The notes under the pieces are model-generated. The model made no database searches. It saw nothing but the letters and a program-made list of their open reading frames with translations, and was not told the DNA's origin. A stretch of DNA of 63,510 nt, the filler included, from Octopus bimaculoides (Eukaryota), in NCBI RefSeq assembly GCF_001194135.2. It is 5 parts of 4 records of this genome, joined end to end, with 100 filler letters (N's around TTAATTAATTAA, not from the genome) between each part and the next. Parts side by side here need not be neighbours in the genome. Positions count along the whole stretch, not along the records: positions 1 to 30,153 come from NC_069000.1; positions 30,254 to 58,492 come from NC_068995.1; 3 more parts are not named here. The stretch is one strand, 5' to 3'. Made by a program: the position numbers and the translations under genes. Positions 24,729 to 37,849 of this stretch are shown here, in pieces; the first letter of the stretch is position 1; every line of letters starts with the position of its first letter.

Positions 24729-25472
24729 ATAATTCACCGTCACTAAAACTGAGCAAAGGAGTAGGGACCACCAGCATTGATAGAAATAGGAGTCATAGAT
24801 TCTTTAGCCACAAAAGTACATGTGTTATGTACTAACAAGGAAGACGAAGCTTCCCACCGCATGTGATGCCATTAGATCGGCACGATGATTTCACATGAAA
24901 TTAATGCTCATCAATAACACTTACCCTACCGCCGGTGATGAAACTGAAATTTTACATTTCATTATGTACAGAATTTACCATAGTGATCAATGGCTGATTC
25001 AACAAACTGGTAGTCTGAATATTACAAAATAATTAAGGAGGTTAGACGAAATTTAAGACCCAATTTGACTCTTATTTCTTGCAATGCTAGCCCTTCCTGC
25101 AATCTTGTTCACATCTAGTAGAGGCGAATTATTTCCTTTTTGGTTTTAAATTGCCTCTAGCCACCTTAATTATTTCATAATTTTCACTTTACAATTTTGC
25201 TGAATCAGCCATTATTGCCTATAGTAAATTCTATACATACTGACAAATTAAATTTCAACTTTACCATCTGTGATGGAGAATTAATTGCTGATGAGTATTA
25301 ATTTCATTCAAAATTGGCGTGCCAGTCTAATGTCCTCGTTTGCGTTCGGGAGCTTGTCACCCTTGCCAGTACGTAGAACATGTGCTTTTGTGGCAAAAGT
25401 GTGCATGACTCTTATTTTTAGCTATGCTGGTGCTCCTTGCACCCTTGTCCACTTTTAGTGATGGTAAATTAT
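24729..25472. mobile_element. Older degenerate foldback element, arms about 340 bp
   Basis: Colinear inverted matches: ATAATTCACCGTCACTAAAA / TTTTAGTGATGGTAAATTAT, GCCACAAAAG / CTTTTGTGGC, ATGAAATTAAT / ATTAATTTCAT, AATGGCTGATTCA / TGAATCAGCCATT, AAATAATTAAGG / CCTTAATTATTT. Confidence 0.8.
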
Positions 25473-25559
25473 TTCTTTTCTGGTTATAAACTGCATCTTG
25501 CCCCCTTAATTATTTTATATATACAATATATAGGTACATTGCCTTCTCTACTTCATATA

Positions 25560-26010
25560 TGACTATGTGGTAAGAAGCTTGCTTCCAAACCACATGGATT
25601 CGGGTTCAGGCCTACTGCATGGTTCTTTACACAAATTTCTTCTAATATAGTCTCTGGACGACCAAAGACTTGTTAATAGATTTCGTGGTAAGAAACTCTG
25701 TGAGTGTGTATGTGTGTGTGTGTGTTTGTGTGCGTGCGTGCGTGTGTGTGTGGATGTGGGTGTGTGTACGCACACTCATGTCAGTCCTTGTATCGGGTTT
25801 TGTACCTCACCACCGCTTGTAAACAGTTGGTCTGCTTACATTCCGTAACTTATCGCTTCTGCAAATTGGAGCAATAAAATAAGTACAAGACTGAAGGAAA
25901 ATGGACACTGGGGACGATTCGTTCGAGAAGATTGAAATGCTTCAAGTCGGTACCCGAGCATGGCCGCAGACTGATAATTGAAACTAGTTGAAGATAATAC
26001 ATAAGAGGTA
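25560..26010 (+). mobile_element. Degenerate SINE family B
   Basis: Head TATGTGGTAAGAAGCTTGCTTCCAAACCACATGG..CGGGTTCAG, internal (TG)n and tail AGCATGGCCGCAG. Confidence 0.75.
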
Positions 26011-26236
26011 CACTTATGTAAAAATACCCTTTCACTTAACCACCCAACGACACTGTAAAATGTAATCAGAAGACACTGTGTCTGTAATATTCAATAAATA
26101 ATCCCTCTAGTAAATACTCTGATTCACTGTTTTTCCCTACAAAATACAAATCTTGCTGATGCAGAAAACCGCTGGATATCCTACGTTATAGTGAGTGTGT
26201 GTGATACATACTTACATACAAACATACATACATACA

Positions 26237-26267
<31 letters not shown>

Positions 26268-26654
26268 GTGTGTAGATATGTACGTGAGCTTATCAATAAA
26301 TAAATGCATTAGTGTTTAATGAAAGTTTTTAAAGAACAATTCTTGATACAGTCAATATTTGTAGAAATATTTTCTTAAATTAAAAATTTAATTACATGGG
26401 AAGCAGCTTATAACAAAGGAATTACTCAAACCTTGTGCGAGAATGGTTTCCTTACACATGCATACTCACACGTTCACCCAAATACATACGTATATATAAA
26501 TATGTATACATATATCCATATATACATACATGCATACATACATATATACATGCAGGCATACATACACACGTACGTACGTATATATGTATGATGTATGTAT
26601 ATCCATTTATGTTTATCTTTTATCTCTGTGTGTGTGTGCGTGTGTGTGTGTTTG

Positions 26655-26695
<41 letters not shown>

Positions 26696-26879
26696 ACACA
26701 CATGCATACATACATGCGTTCATGCACACATGTACACACGCGCGCATACACATACAGAAGCACATTTAGAAACTTCGTCTCACAGGTTGCTTTTTGGTCT
26801 TCTCCAATATATTCACCCTAAGCACTCAATATCACGGTTGTATCTCACTTAGGTGACCTCTGTTTTTTACCTTCAATTT

Positions 26880-27530
26880 TCCAACCATAATTCTATTTGC
26901 AAGTTAGCCGTTCGTTCTTTTGATGTGACCAAACCATTGCAGTTTCCTCGCCCTTTGCGAGAAAAGTGCAATGGTCGAATCTTTCTATCAATCTGTCTTC
27001 TTAAGAAGTATATTTTTTCTAAGAATGACTGACTGGTACAGCTGTCTTCAACAAAATAACAAGAAATCTGCCAGGGTATCTTATTTCGAATGTTGAACAA
27101 TTTCATCTTAATGTTGGTTTTTAAAATATACGTCACCTATACATACAGCACAATTATAGCAATTCATTGAATATATTAGCCTCAGTGTGTTACTATTTAG
27201 AATCTTCTTGCTGTTTAAGATCTGCTGGCTGTTTACAAATTTTCTATTTGCTATTGCAATTTGCCATTTTATCTCGCTTTCACATGTTACGTTTTCGTTG
27301 ATTAGACAGCTCATGCAAGTCAATGTTCTTATTGATTCCAACTGAATGTCATTGATTTGGACTGCATCTATGTTACTGACAATATAAATAAATTTCTTCC
27401 CTCAGCAATTGTACGTGACATGCTAAATGATATGCGTAATGTCAGTTACGATTTGTAAGTATTAGAATAATTGCTATTATAACTACATTTCCGACTGGTC
27501 TTAATGTTATGCCTGTAATAATTCTGATTA
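26880..27530 (-). pseudogene. Degraded RTE-clade LINE RT/C-terminal remnant
   Basis: INDIQLESIRTLTCMSCLINENVTCESEIKWQIAIANRKFVNSQQILNSKKI resembles LEQVxxFxYLGSLITxxxxCExEIKRRIAIAxxxF; a downstream RKGRG resembles the RTE GKRGRGR motif. Confidence 0.7.
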
Positions 27531-27547
27531 GACAACAATTATAAATT

Positions 27548-27649
<102 letters not shown>

Positions 27650-28519
27650 TACATATGTACTTTCATACATATATTGCAATGTAATAGTTGATAAATTTAT
27701 GCAAATAAACAGGGTGCCCAAAAGTAGGTCTACAACTATTCAACTATCTCTTTCGCACACATATTAACAGTCTAGGTCTTAATTATAAAAATAATATGAA
27801 ACCATTATTCTTTGCTAATTTAGTTAATTGTAAGATAGAAATTTAAATGTGATACCCTTTATCCTCTGTTTACGACAGATCTTTCTCTTACATTTCCTCC
27901 TACACACATATCACATATATACATTGCACACGCATGAAACAGCAATGTTCGTATCAAATAAATTTATACATATTTCCATCACAAATTGAGGAACATTTCT
28001 GCATTTATGTTCTCATAGAAACACAGATCCGTACATATAACGGACATACACGCACACACGTACGCACGCAATTGCATACGCACATACACACCCACAATTT
28101 GCTTATAACGATGCACGTTCAACAACTTTTAGCATCAAATGCACGGACACTCACGTTGCAGTTTGACATATTTCTGCTCCTCCACAAACACTCATACACA
28201 CACAGTTATACACATAACACAAGTGCAGAAACATACAAATACACACAGTTACATACAACACGTACACACAGAATATAGAACACCGCACATCCAGAGGTTA
28301 TCATTTCAGTCATCATTCAGTAACAAACGAATATACAGGCTCAAACACAATGTAATATGACTAACGCATTTCCGTGTACGACCGCGCGCGCGCGTTGTTT
28401 GTACGTATAAAACAACCTACACAAATATAGACGTATGTAGTCGCATATTCACACGCTTTACACGCTAGAAGCCATGAACTCACTGCTTCTCTATAACATT
28501 GGCACACAAAGTCGAATCA

Positions 28520-28853
28520 AATCGACCCCAGGACTTATTCTTTGTAAGCCTAGTACTTATTCTATCAGTCTATTTTGCCGAACTGCTAGTTACGGAGACG
28601 TAAACACACCAGCATCGGTTGTCAAGCAATTTTGGGGGGACAAACGCAGACACACAAACATATACACACACATACATAGATACATATATACGACGGGCTT
28701 CTTTCAGTATCCGTCTACCAAATTCACTCACAAGGCTTTGGTCGGCCCGAGGCTGTAGGAGAGGACACTTGCCCATGGTGCAACGCAGTGGGACTGAACC
28801 CGGAACCATGTGGTTGGTAGGCAAGCTACGTACCACACAGCCATTCCTGCGCC
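28520..28853 (-). mobile_element. SINE family B, tRNA-like head at about 28853
   Basis: Reverse complement head GGCGCAGGAATGGCTGTGTGGTA...CCAACCACATGGTTCCGGGTTCAGTCCCACTGCG; matches 59295-59790. Confidence 0.9.
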
Positions 28854-29389
28854 NNNNNNNNNNNNNNNNNNNNNNNNNNNNNNNNNNNNNNNNNNNNNNN
28901 NNNNNNNNNNNNNNNNNNNNNNNNNNNNNNNNNNNNNNNNNNNNNNNNNNNNNNNNNNNNNNNNNNNNNNNNNNNNNNNNNNNNNNNNNNNNNNNNNNNN
29001 NNNNNNNNNNNNNNNNNNNNNNNNNNNNNNNNNNNNNNNNNNNNNNNNNNNNNNNNNNNNNNNNNNNNNNNNNNNNNNNNNNNNNNNNNNNNNNNNNNNN
29101 NNNNNNNNNNNNNNNNNNNNNNNNNNNNNNNNNNNNNNNNNNNNNNNNNNNNNNNNNNNNNNNNNNNNNNNNNNNNNNNNNNNNNNNNNNNNNNNNNNNN
29201 NNNNNNNNNNNNNNNNNNNNNNNNNNNNNNNNNNNNNNNNNNNNNNNNNNNNNNNNNNNNNNNNNNNNNNNNNNNNNNNNNNNNNNNNNNNNNNNNNNNN
29301 NNNNNNNNNNNNNNNNNNNNNNNNNNNNNNNNNNNNNNNNNNNNNNNNNNNNNNNNNNNNNNNNNNNNNNNNNNNNNNNNNNNNNNNNN

Positions 29390-29441
<52 letters not shown>

Positions 29442-30253
29442 CTCGTATCCACACGCAATGAAAACATATTCATATAAATGTAAATGGATTTCTAATTCAG
29501 AATATGTGTGTCTCTATCCCTTAAATTCAAACGAGAATATACTATAAAAAAACGTTCATTATTCTTTTTTTCTAACAGTTGATCTATTTCCAATTTACCA
29601 AACTCATTTATATTAATTGTACTTTGTCTTATCGCTCAAAACGCACACGACAATAATTCACTTTACCAAGTGTATTGCATTACACCGCCATCACCATCAT
29701 CAACCTAGCTCACCATATATACATACCACCTGCCCTACCGCCACTATCAGTGTCGATATTAACAACTCCTCCATCATTATCAGCAACGAAACCATGATAT
29801 GAAGATAAAACATTTGCAAAAGAAATGCGTATATATATGAAGTGTGCATGTATGTGTGTTTGTGGATTGTCATGCAGATAAATACGATTGGGCTTGATGT
29901 ATAAAATATACATAAATATACACATGTATGTATGTATATTATATATATATATATATATTACGGAGATGTACTTGCATAGCAAGTGGCCTGATATGAGATC
30001 GTGTGCTGGAAAGAAAACAATTGCAACGTGGAAGGTGTTTATAAGCCATTTAAGAAACACACAATTTGTGTCAAAATATTTTCGTCGCTTTGAGACCGCG
30101 ACCTGTTCACTGACAACATTTTGTGCTGCATATATTTATATATATATATATATNNNNNNNNNNNNNNNNNNNNNNNNNNNNNNNNNNNNNNNNNNNNTTA
30201 ATTAATTAANNNNNNNNNNNNNNNNNNNNNNNNNNNNNNNNNNNNNNNNNNNN

Positions 30254-30285
<32 letters not shown>

Positions 30286-30447
30286 TAAGACAGTGTGCAT
30301 AAGGTGTCAGAGACATGATCCAAGTGCTGGAAGTACTAAAAAAGACGTAAATGAAGACATAAAGTGCAAGTCTATCCTGCTGTTCCAAGAATTTTGTGAA
30401 AGGTTGTTGTTTTATATCGAAGTGTCTTGCTGAGAACTTTATTTGTT

Positions 30448-31123
30448 GCAAGACAATGCAAAAATGATCCAAACAGATTCTGTTATATCTGTGGGGAATT
30501 GACTTTTGCTAAAGAAAAGCGCAGTATTACACGCCATTTCAAGAAAATATACAAGGTGTACTTCGATGGTTACCTAGGAGACCAGGATAAGTGATGGGCT
30601 CCTCATGTGTGTTGCTTACATGTGTGAAGCCATTGAGTGCCTGGTATGCAGGAAAAAATGTTCACATGAAGTTTGGTGTGTCAATGATTTGGTGCGAGCA
30701 GAAAGATCACTCTAATGATTGCTATTTTTGTCACCATGACTTTACAGGCTGTACAACAGCAAAGAAAAAGAAACACAGTGTTTACCTAAATTTGCAATCA
30801 GCAATGCGCCCGGTAGAGCACTCAGAAAATTCACCTGTGCCCAAACCTCCAGATCAAGAAATGCAGGATTCCAGCAGTGCTGATGAACATTCCAGTGGTG
30901 AATGTGTGGAACCCAATGATCCAGAAAGCGAGAATAAACCAATACCATTTTCTCAAGAGGCTCTGAATGACTTGTGCAGGCATCTCTATTTAACCAAAGA
31001 GAAAAGTGAATTTCTGGCATCAAGGCTTCAAGAACGTAATCTTCTTGAGAAAGGAGTGAAGATAACACTGTACAGAAAACGTAGAGAGGATCTGCTTGCA
31101 TTATTCACCATGAAGGATGACTT
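30448..31123 (+). pseudogene. Chapaev3-type (CMC superfamily) DNA transposase, N-terminal half
   Basis: CKNDPNRFCYICG...YFDGYLGDQDK*WAPHVCC, then after a frameshift CVKPLSAWYAGK...MIWCEQKDHSNDCYFC...QEALNDLCRHLYLTKEKSEFLASRLQERNLL. These are the motifs I recall for Chapaev3 transposases (GDQDKxWAPH, WREPxDHxxxCYFC, LNDLxRDLxLxKxxAExLxSRL). The sequence runs into a gap. Confidence 0.8.
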
Positions 31124-32406
31124 NNNNNNNNNNNNNNNNNNNNNNNNNNNNNNNNNNNNNNNNNNNNNNNNNNNNNNNNNNNNNNNNNNNNNNNNNNNNN
31201 NNNNNNNNNNNNNNNNNNNNNNNNNNNNNNNNNNNNNNNNNNNNNNNNNNNNNNNNNNNNNNNNNNNNNNNNNNNNNNNNNNNNNNNNNNNNNNNNNNNN
31301 NNNNNNNNNNNNNNNNNNNNNNNNNNNNNNNNNNNNNNNNNNNNNNNNNNNNNNNCTTTGGATACTTCCATGTTAGAAAGGGTTTCATTCAGAGAAATTT
31401 TAATTCTATTATTCTGTAAAATAATATTTAATTAGTTTAAATGTACACAAATGCATAAAGATAATTTTTAATTCCATTAGAAATTCTGAAATACTATTAA
31501 ATTTCATTCAATTTTTAAAAAGGTAAAATCGGACAGAAATTATGGGATGACCTGATAGATTGACTAAAATCCGACATAGCATAAAAAAGGTATTTTGTGT
31601 TGGTAAATCGAAAATGTCAACTTTTCTGTGCAATTAGTTTACGAATTCTCTATATTTGCATTCTCTTCCAAACGGACAGGTTTGCTAATCTCCTGGGTTT
31701 TTTAAAAGATATTTTAGATTGTTGTCAAAGTAAGCCTCAGCATATGATTGGAACTGAGATAATCATAGATGCATTTTCCGTTATAGTCGCTTTACAGTAA
31801 ATTTAAATGGGCAAAGTATTTTCGGGAAAGTTGAATTCATTTTAATTACTAACCCTAATCATTCACATATTTGCGAAGGTATGGCTCCAGTATTTATTAT
31901 TCAAATCAGCAAACCATTGACAATTATTTTTAAAAACACATAAATTTCATTAGTTGGTTATGTTCATGGTACTAAAAGAGGCAAACCAAGGTGGCATCTA
32001 GCAGAGAACATTCAGTTTCTTAGTTTCTGTATTCATTCACTATCTCATTTCTCTTCAAATCCGCAGCCACAGCATTGAAAGATTTTTAGTAGTTTTCAGT
32101 AGTAGTAGTAATAGTAGTCGTAGTAGTAGTAGTAGTAGTAAATCTAGAAATATTCCGAAGATCATGATCATTACAAGGAAAGAATACTCATTTGTTTCAA
32201 TCTTTAAACATATTTTAGTCAATCAAATCAACTCCAGTAATAAGTTGGTACCTATTCTAACCGTCTCTTTTTGCTAAGTAACGAATACTTAAATAAGCTA
32301 GAATCGGCTGTCAATCAGTGAAACACAAACATACATACATGCATGTGCGCGCGCGCGCGTTTGTGTGTGTGTGTGTGTGTGCGTGTGTGTGTGTGTGTGA
32401 GTCGTG

Positions 32407-33045
32407 AAGTAAGAGCTGTAAGGTATATTCGTTTCAAATTTTGGCACAAGGCATCAAATTCGGGGCAGAAACGTAAGTCGATTACATCAACCTCAGTGCT
32501 CAACTGGTACCTACTTTATCGGCCCCAAAAGGATGAAAGGCAAAGTCTACCTCGGCGGAATTTGAACTGAAATCGTAATGACGGAAGAGATGCCACTAAG
32601 CACTTTTCCCAACGCGGTAACGATTCTGTCAGCTCCCCGCCTTAGTAAGAGCTGTAAGGTATATTGGTTTCAGATTTTGACACAAGGTCAGAAATTTGCG
32701 GGAGGGCAAGTCGATTACATCGACGACAGTGTTCAAAGTGTATTTATTTTGTCGACGTCAAAGGAATGAAAGGCAAAGTCGATTCCAGCGACATTTGAAC
32801 TCAGAACGTTGGAAAGAGCTGTAAGGCATATTGGTCTCAAATTTTGAAACAAGGCCAGCAATTTAAGAGTATATTAAGCCGATTATATAGACCCCAGCGC
32901 TCAACATGTACTTATTTTATCGATCTTGAAAGGATGAAAGGTAAAGTCGACTCCAGCGTTGTCTGAACTCAGAACGTAAAGACGGACGAAATATTGCTAA
33001 GCACTTGGCCAGTCGTGGTAACGATTCCGCCAGCTCGCCGCCCTA
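32407..33045 (-). mobile_element. Three tandem SINE family A units sharing one flank
   Basis: Each unit begins AAGAGCTGTAAGGYATATT on the plus strand (about 32409, 32647, 32814), followed by the SINE reverse complement. Confidence 0.85.
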
Positions 33046-33403
33046 AGATAAATTGAAATATATTTTACATAGTGCAAACATCAATATAGAACTTCATCCG
33101 TTAGATATCGGAGATAAATGTATGTTTATTATATCAAAAGCTGAGGGTCTCGTCTGAATTTTGCTCTTAGGTGGATGTTCACGTCAATCAAATTTGCTCG
33201 CAAGGGAATTATAGTAGAATATATTTGTTCAAACAGTCTTGTACTAATACTGAACCCGTAAGCACTAGAACCGAACTTTTTAACCACGCAGCCATGATTG
33301 TGTCTATAAAGAAAACTCATTGCGAAAATAATTTTGAATATAGATGCAATATGAAGCTATTGTGCGTTTGTGTGCGCGTACGAGTGTGTGTATTTACGCA
33401 TGT

Positions 33404-33441
<38 letters not shown>

Positions 33442-34059
33442 ACGCGCGTATGTGTGTATGTATGTGTGTAGATTGCTTTGGTTTTACATGGCTTACTTAA
33501 TCTGTCTTCCTTCCGAAGACAAAAAAAGAAATATTTAACAGGCAATAACTATGGTGGATACACCCTTGATAGCAAAAGCTTTAAAAATATACATTATCTA
33601 CAACAATAGTAGTTTTCCAATTTGTAAATTTTAAAAATATTTTTCAAGTCTATAAAAGAAATGTTCATTATTTTTGCTTTGCAAATCGTCTTAGTAAATC
33701 AGATATACTTCAAAGAACTAAAACATAACGTTAGAAATATAAGGTAATATATTGTCTATAGATCTTTTTATGTACGTTCTGATCCACTCTGATTCAAATA
33801 AGCATCTATCGATTTGTTTACTTTTATAGACAACGAATTTACATCAATAATCAATTCATGTTCTGAGTGAGAAGACAATAAATCTTCGTTTATTCGTGTG
33901 AAAATAAAATTAAAATTAAAATAGTGATTTAGCCTCCAATGAATAAATTGCGATATGTGGAAGTAGTTTTTATATGACGTTTGATCACTTCTGTAGCATT
34001 GTAAGAACATAAAGCATACAGTAGTTGGTTCTGAAGTTGATTTTCATTTTTCTCTCTCC

Positions 34060-34109
34060 CTCTCTCACTCTGTTACTTTCTCTATCTCTCTCTGTCTCTC
34101 TCTTTCTCA

Positions 34110-34170
<61 letters not shown>
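34060..34170. repeat. (CT)n microsatellite
   Basis: Direct reading. Confidence 0.95.
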
Positions 34171-34175
<5 letters not shown>

Positions 34176-35764
34176 TGCTAAACATAAATAATAACTAGTA
34201 TAATAACAGACTCAATATTTGGTAGGACAGTGTCGCACAATATAATATAACAATATTTCCCATATGAGAGAGAAAAGAGAATGGGAGGGCGAAACTACAT
34301 GAGAGAAATATTCCCTTGTTTGTAAACAATGATAATATTTCTTTGGCAGTTTTGAATACTTTTATTACAAATGAAGACACAAGTGTACGAGCATCAGAGG
34401 AAATGATTCGCTCTATTTGTTCTGGCTTCTTTATTCTGAGCACAAAACTAGTCGAAGCCAACTTTACTTTTCAACCTTCTGGTGTCGATAAATAAAGTAG
34501 TAGTCTTCAGCCGTGAATTAGGGCGTTGGACAGGATATCTCGCGGTATTTGTTTCGACTCTCGGCCGTCCTAAGTTCAAAACCCAAACTTAATTTATCAC
34601 CATTAAGTAGATTTTGAGTACTTTAATGGCGTTCACCCTGTCGAAAGCATTCTGACCAGGTCTTCATAACACAACTTTTGAAGACTGCCTCTTTTTTCCT
34701 GACTAAACGATAAAAAGAAAAGAAACGAACCAGAAAAGTCTGATTATTTTTGATTAAGTACAGAGACATGGTTTCGTGTCGTTTCATCTCACGACAGGGC
34801 AACTTGAACACGTGATTTTTACCATCGTTTCGAGTTTAGCAATACTGAGGAAGTGAAATTTGGACGATAGAGACTGTAAAATCCAGTCGTGTATATATAA
34901 ATATANNNNNNNNNNNNNNNNNNNNNNNNNNNNNNNNNNNNNNNNNNNNNNNNNNNNNNNNNNNNNNNNNNNNNNNNNNNNNNNNNNNNNNNNNNNNNNN
35001 NNNNNNNNNNNNNNNNNNNNNNNNNNNNNNNNNNNNNNNNNNNNNNNNNNNNNNNNNNNNNNNNNNNNNNNNNNNNNNNNNNNNNNNNNNNNNNNNNNNN
35101 NNNNNNNNNNNNNNNNNNNNNNNNNNNNNNNNNNNNNNNNNNNNNNNNNNNNNNNNNNNNNNNNNNNNNNNNNNNNNNNNNNNNNNNNNNNNNNNNNNNN
35201 NNNNNNNNNNNNNNNNNNNNNNNNNNNNNNNNNNNNNNNNNNNNNNNNNNNNNNNNNNNNNNNNNNNNNNNNNNNNNNNNNNNNNNNNNNNNNNNNNNNN
35301 NNNNNNNNNNNNNNNNNNNNNNNNNNNNNNNNNNNNNNNNNNNNNNNNNNNNNNNNNNNNNNNNNNNNNNNNNNNNNNNNNNNNNNNNNNNNNNNNNNNN
35401 NNNNNNNNNNNNNNNNNNNNNNNNNNNNNNNNNNNNNNNNNNNNNNNNNNNNNNNNNNNNNNNNNNNNNNNNNNNNNNNNNNNNNNNNNNNNNNNNNNNN
35501 NNNNNNNNNNNNNNNNNNNNNNNNNNNNNNNNNNNNNNNNNNNNNNNNNNNNNNNNNNNNNNNNNNNNNNNNNNNNNNNNNNNNNNNNNNNNNNNNNNNN
35601 NNNTGTTAAAATCTCTGTAAAATCTGTGAATGTTCTCCTGAAGAGAAGAATGGATCCACTTTTGGTTCCTCACTTCGAAATTACAATAGTGGACTAATCC
35701 GTTATTTTTATTTAAATTTTGAATTTTTATATCATGTCGCTCGCCGACAGCTTTTATGGTTGAG

Positions 35765-35832
35765 GAGATATAATATGAGTGTTTATAGTCAAAGCCGCTA
35801 AAAAGTCACTATAAACACTCATATTATATCTC
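35765..35832. repeat. Perfect 25-bp inverted repeat with 18-nt loop
   Basis: GAGATATAATATGAGTGTTTATAGT / ACTATAAACACTCATATTATATCTC. Confidence 0.95.
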
Positions 35833-36099
35833 ACTGACTTTATCACAATTAAACAATCTCCTTTTATGTAAAAAAAACTTTTGATTGCATGTTCTGGCCA
35901 CTGATAAAGTCACAATTGTAATGGAGAGGGTTATAAAAACATTTAAATGTCTAGAAATAGTAGTCAAAGCCGCTAAAATTGTTTACGATATATCCTGCGT
36001 CATGTATTTTTACATTCATTCCTCATATATATACACACATATCTATGTAGGAATGTGTGTATCTATAGGTATCTATATATGCACACGCACGCGCACGCG

Positions 36100-36135
<36 letters not shown>

Positions 36136-37849
36136 ATATATGAGATTACTCTAAAGCCGGTATTCGATTACAGGGAATGTTTTCACAGCTGAAATCATAG
36201 TTATCGAAGCAAAAATTATGATATAGATAGTGACTTTAAGCAGTCTCTATCTTATCCAGCAATAAATATATTTTATGAAGATGTACTAAGGTTATAAATG
36301 GAGCTCTTTTACAATGATCCAATGTACATCAATGATTTCAATATTTTACCCTAAAAACCAAAAGAAAAAATGGGTATTGTAGTACACTTTCAAAAGAAAG
36401 ATATGGTAGTTCTCGATGTTAAAAACAATAGTTCATTTCAGGACCAGCGCTGTCAATGTTACATATTTTAATGCATTGTGCAGAAACAAATACATCGTGG
36501 TGTTTTCTGCTATTGAGATGGAAAGTTAACAAGTAACCCACAATACATGGTGTGTGCTAGTAGTCGATCATCCTCTTCATAAGTATGGAGATACTGGTTC
36601 TGTTATAGATGCTACCTCAAAGTCAAGAGATCACAAAATCAAAGTCCTTACTATTGAGTTGAAGTATTGCGGTAATATGTCTACAAATCAGCAGAAAAAA
36701 AATTTAGCTTATTTGATCTTGTTCCTTGAGTACAAAACGGAGTTACATAGAAACCGACAAGGATGAGGCTGTGGTAAAAGAAACAATGCAAGGACATCAA
36801 CTTAAACCCCTTCATAAGACAAAAAAACCTCTTTCGACGCAACCAAAACTTAGATACTGTCATCAGAGATACTGCAAGCTTATTCTCCAATGCCGTGTAG
36901 GGAAGTACATTTTTGATATTTCTAATTTGAAGTAGGACCCCAATCATGACAATGTCGCTACGTTTGAAACAGGTACTTCCGCAAAAGATGTGATGTTGGA
37001 AGCTCCCAAGAGTTCGAGAAAATACACTAATCTCACGGACTGAGTACATAGATATGTCAATGAACAGAACGGTAAGACGAAGGTATAGTATTTCGTCTGG
37101 AGAATCGATAATAATCTCAAAACTGCCATTCCTGTAAAAATAATTACCTCGCAACATATGTTACTTTAGTAAGTTTTTAAATTATACCTTTCTCTTTTCA
37201 TACCCACGAAGTATGTAAAATTAACAGAAATAGAACGAAAAGCAACATATATTTTCGGAATAAAATCTGTACCTGTTCTATCAGTTTCCATATACCACAA
37301 ACATATAACAATTATTTATCAAGAAAATAGTTGCAAGATGTTTCAAAGATTATCTTCCTTAAGTAAATTTCATTTCTTACATTAGCATATGGTCGATATA
37401 ATACATTGGTGATGTTTAGGGGAAATAATCAGAAGAGAAATTATGCAATACATTCATTTATAAGACAAATAGGTAGCGTCCTTCATTTCAAGTTAAAAAC
37501 CCTAATGTCCGAGACCTCTTAATATAATGTCATAACTAAATCATTGTATTATGTTTTTTCTAATGCCTATTCTAAGTTTCTAATTATTCCGTCTAACTTT
37601 CCTCACACTATGATCCATATAGCAAGACCTTTCTGAAAATGCACAGTGACGTCACCTCCAGATCTGGAGATGCAAACCCCTGTTAGCCATCGAAAGTTGG
37701 GGTAATGGTTTGTGATTCGGAAATTCTTGTCTCGCTAATGGCAACTATATGTATACCTGGTGACCTGAGGCCATCAAGTAGATAATCTTTCTTCTAAGTC
37801 AAACCTAGACTGCGTGCATTAACAGCGCTTATTCCGATTAAAGTTATGC

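Noticed and set aside
30198-30209. TTAATTAATTAA islands inside N-runs (also 58537-58548, 60633-60644, 61844-61855)
   Set aside because: An identical 12-mer with stops in all six frames, always embedded in Ns. This is a scaffolding spacer artefact, not biology.
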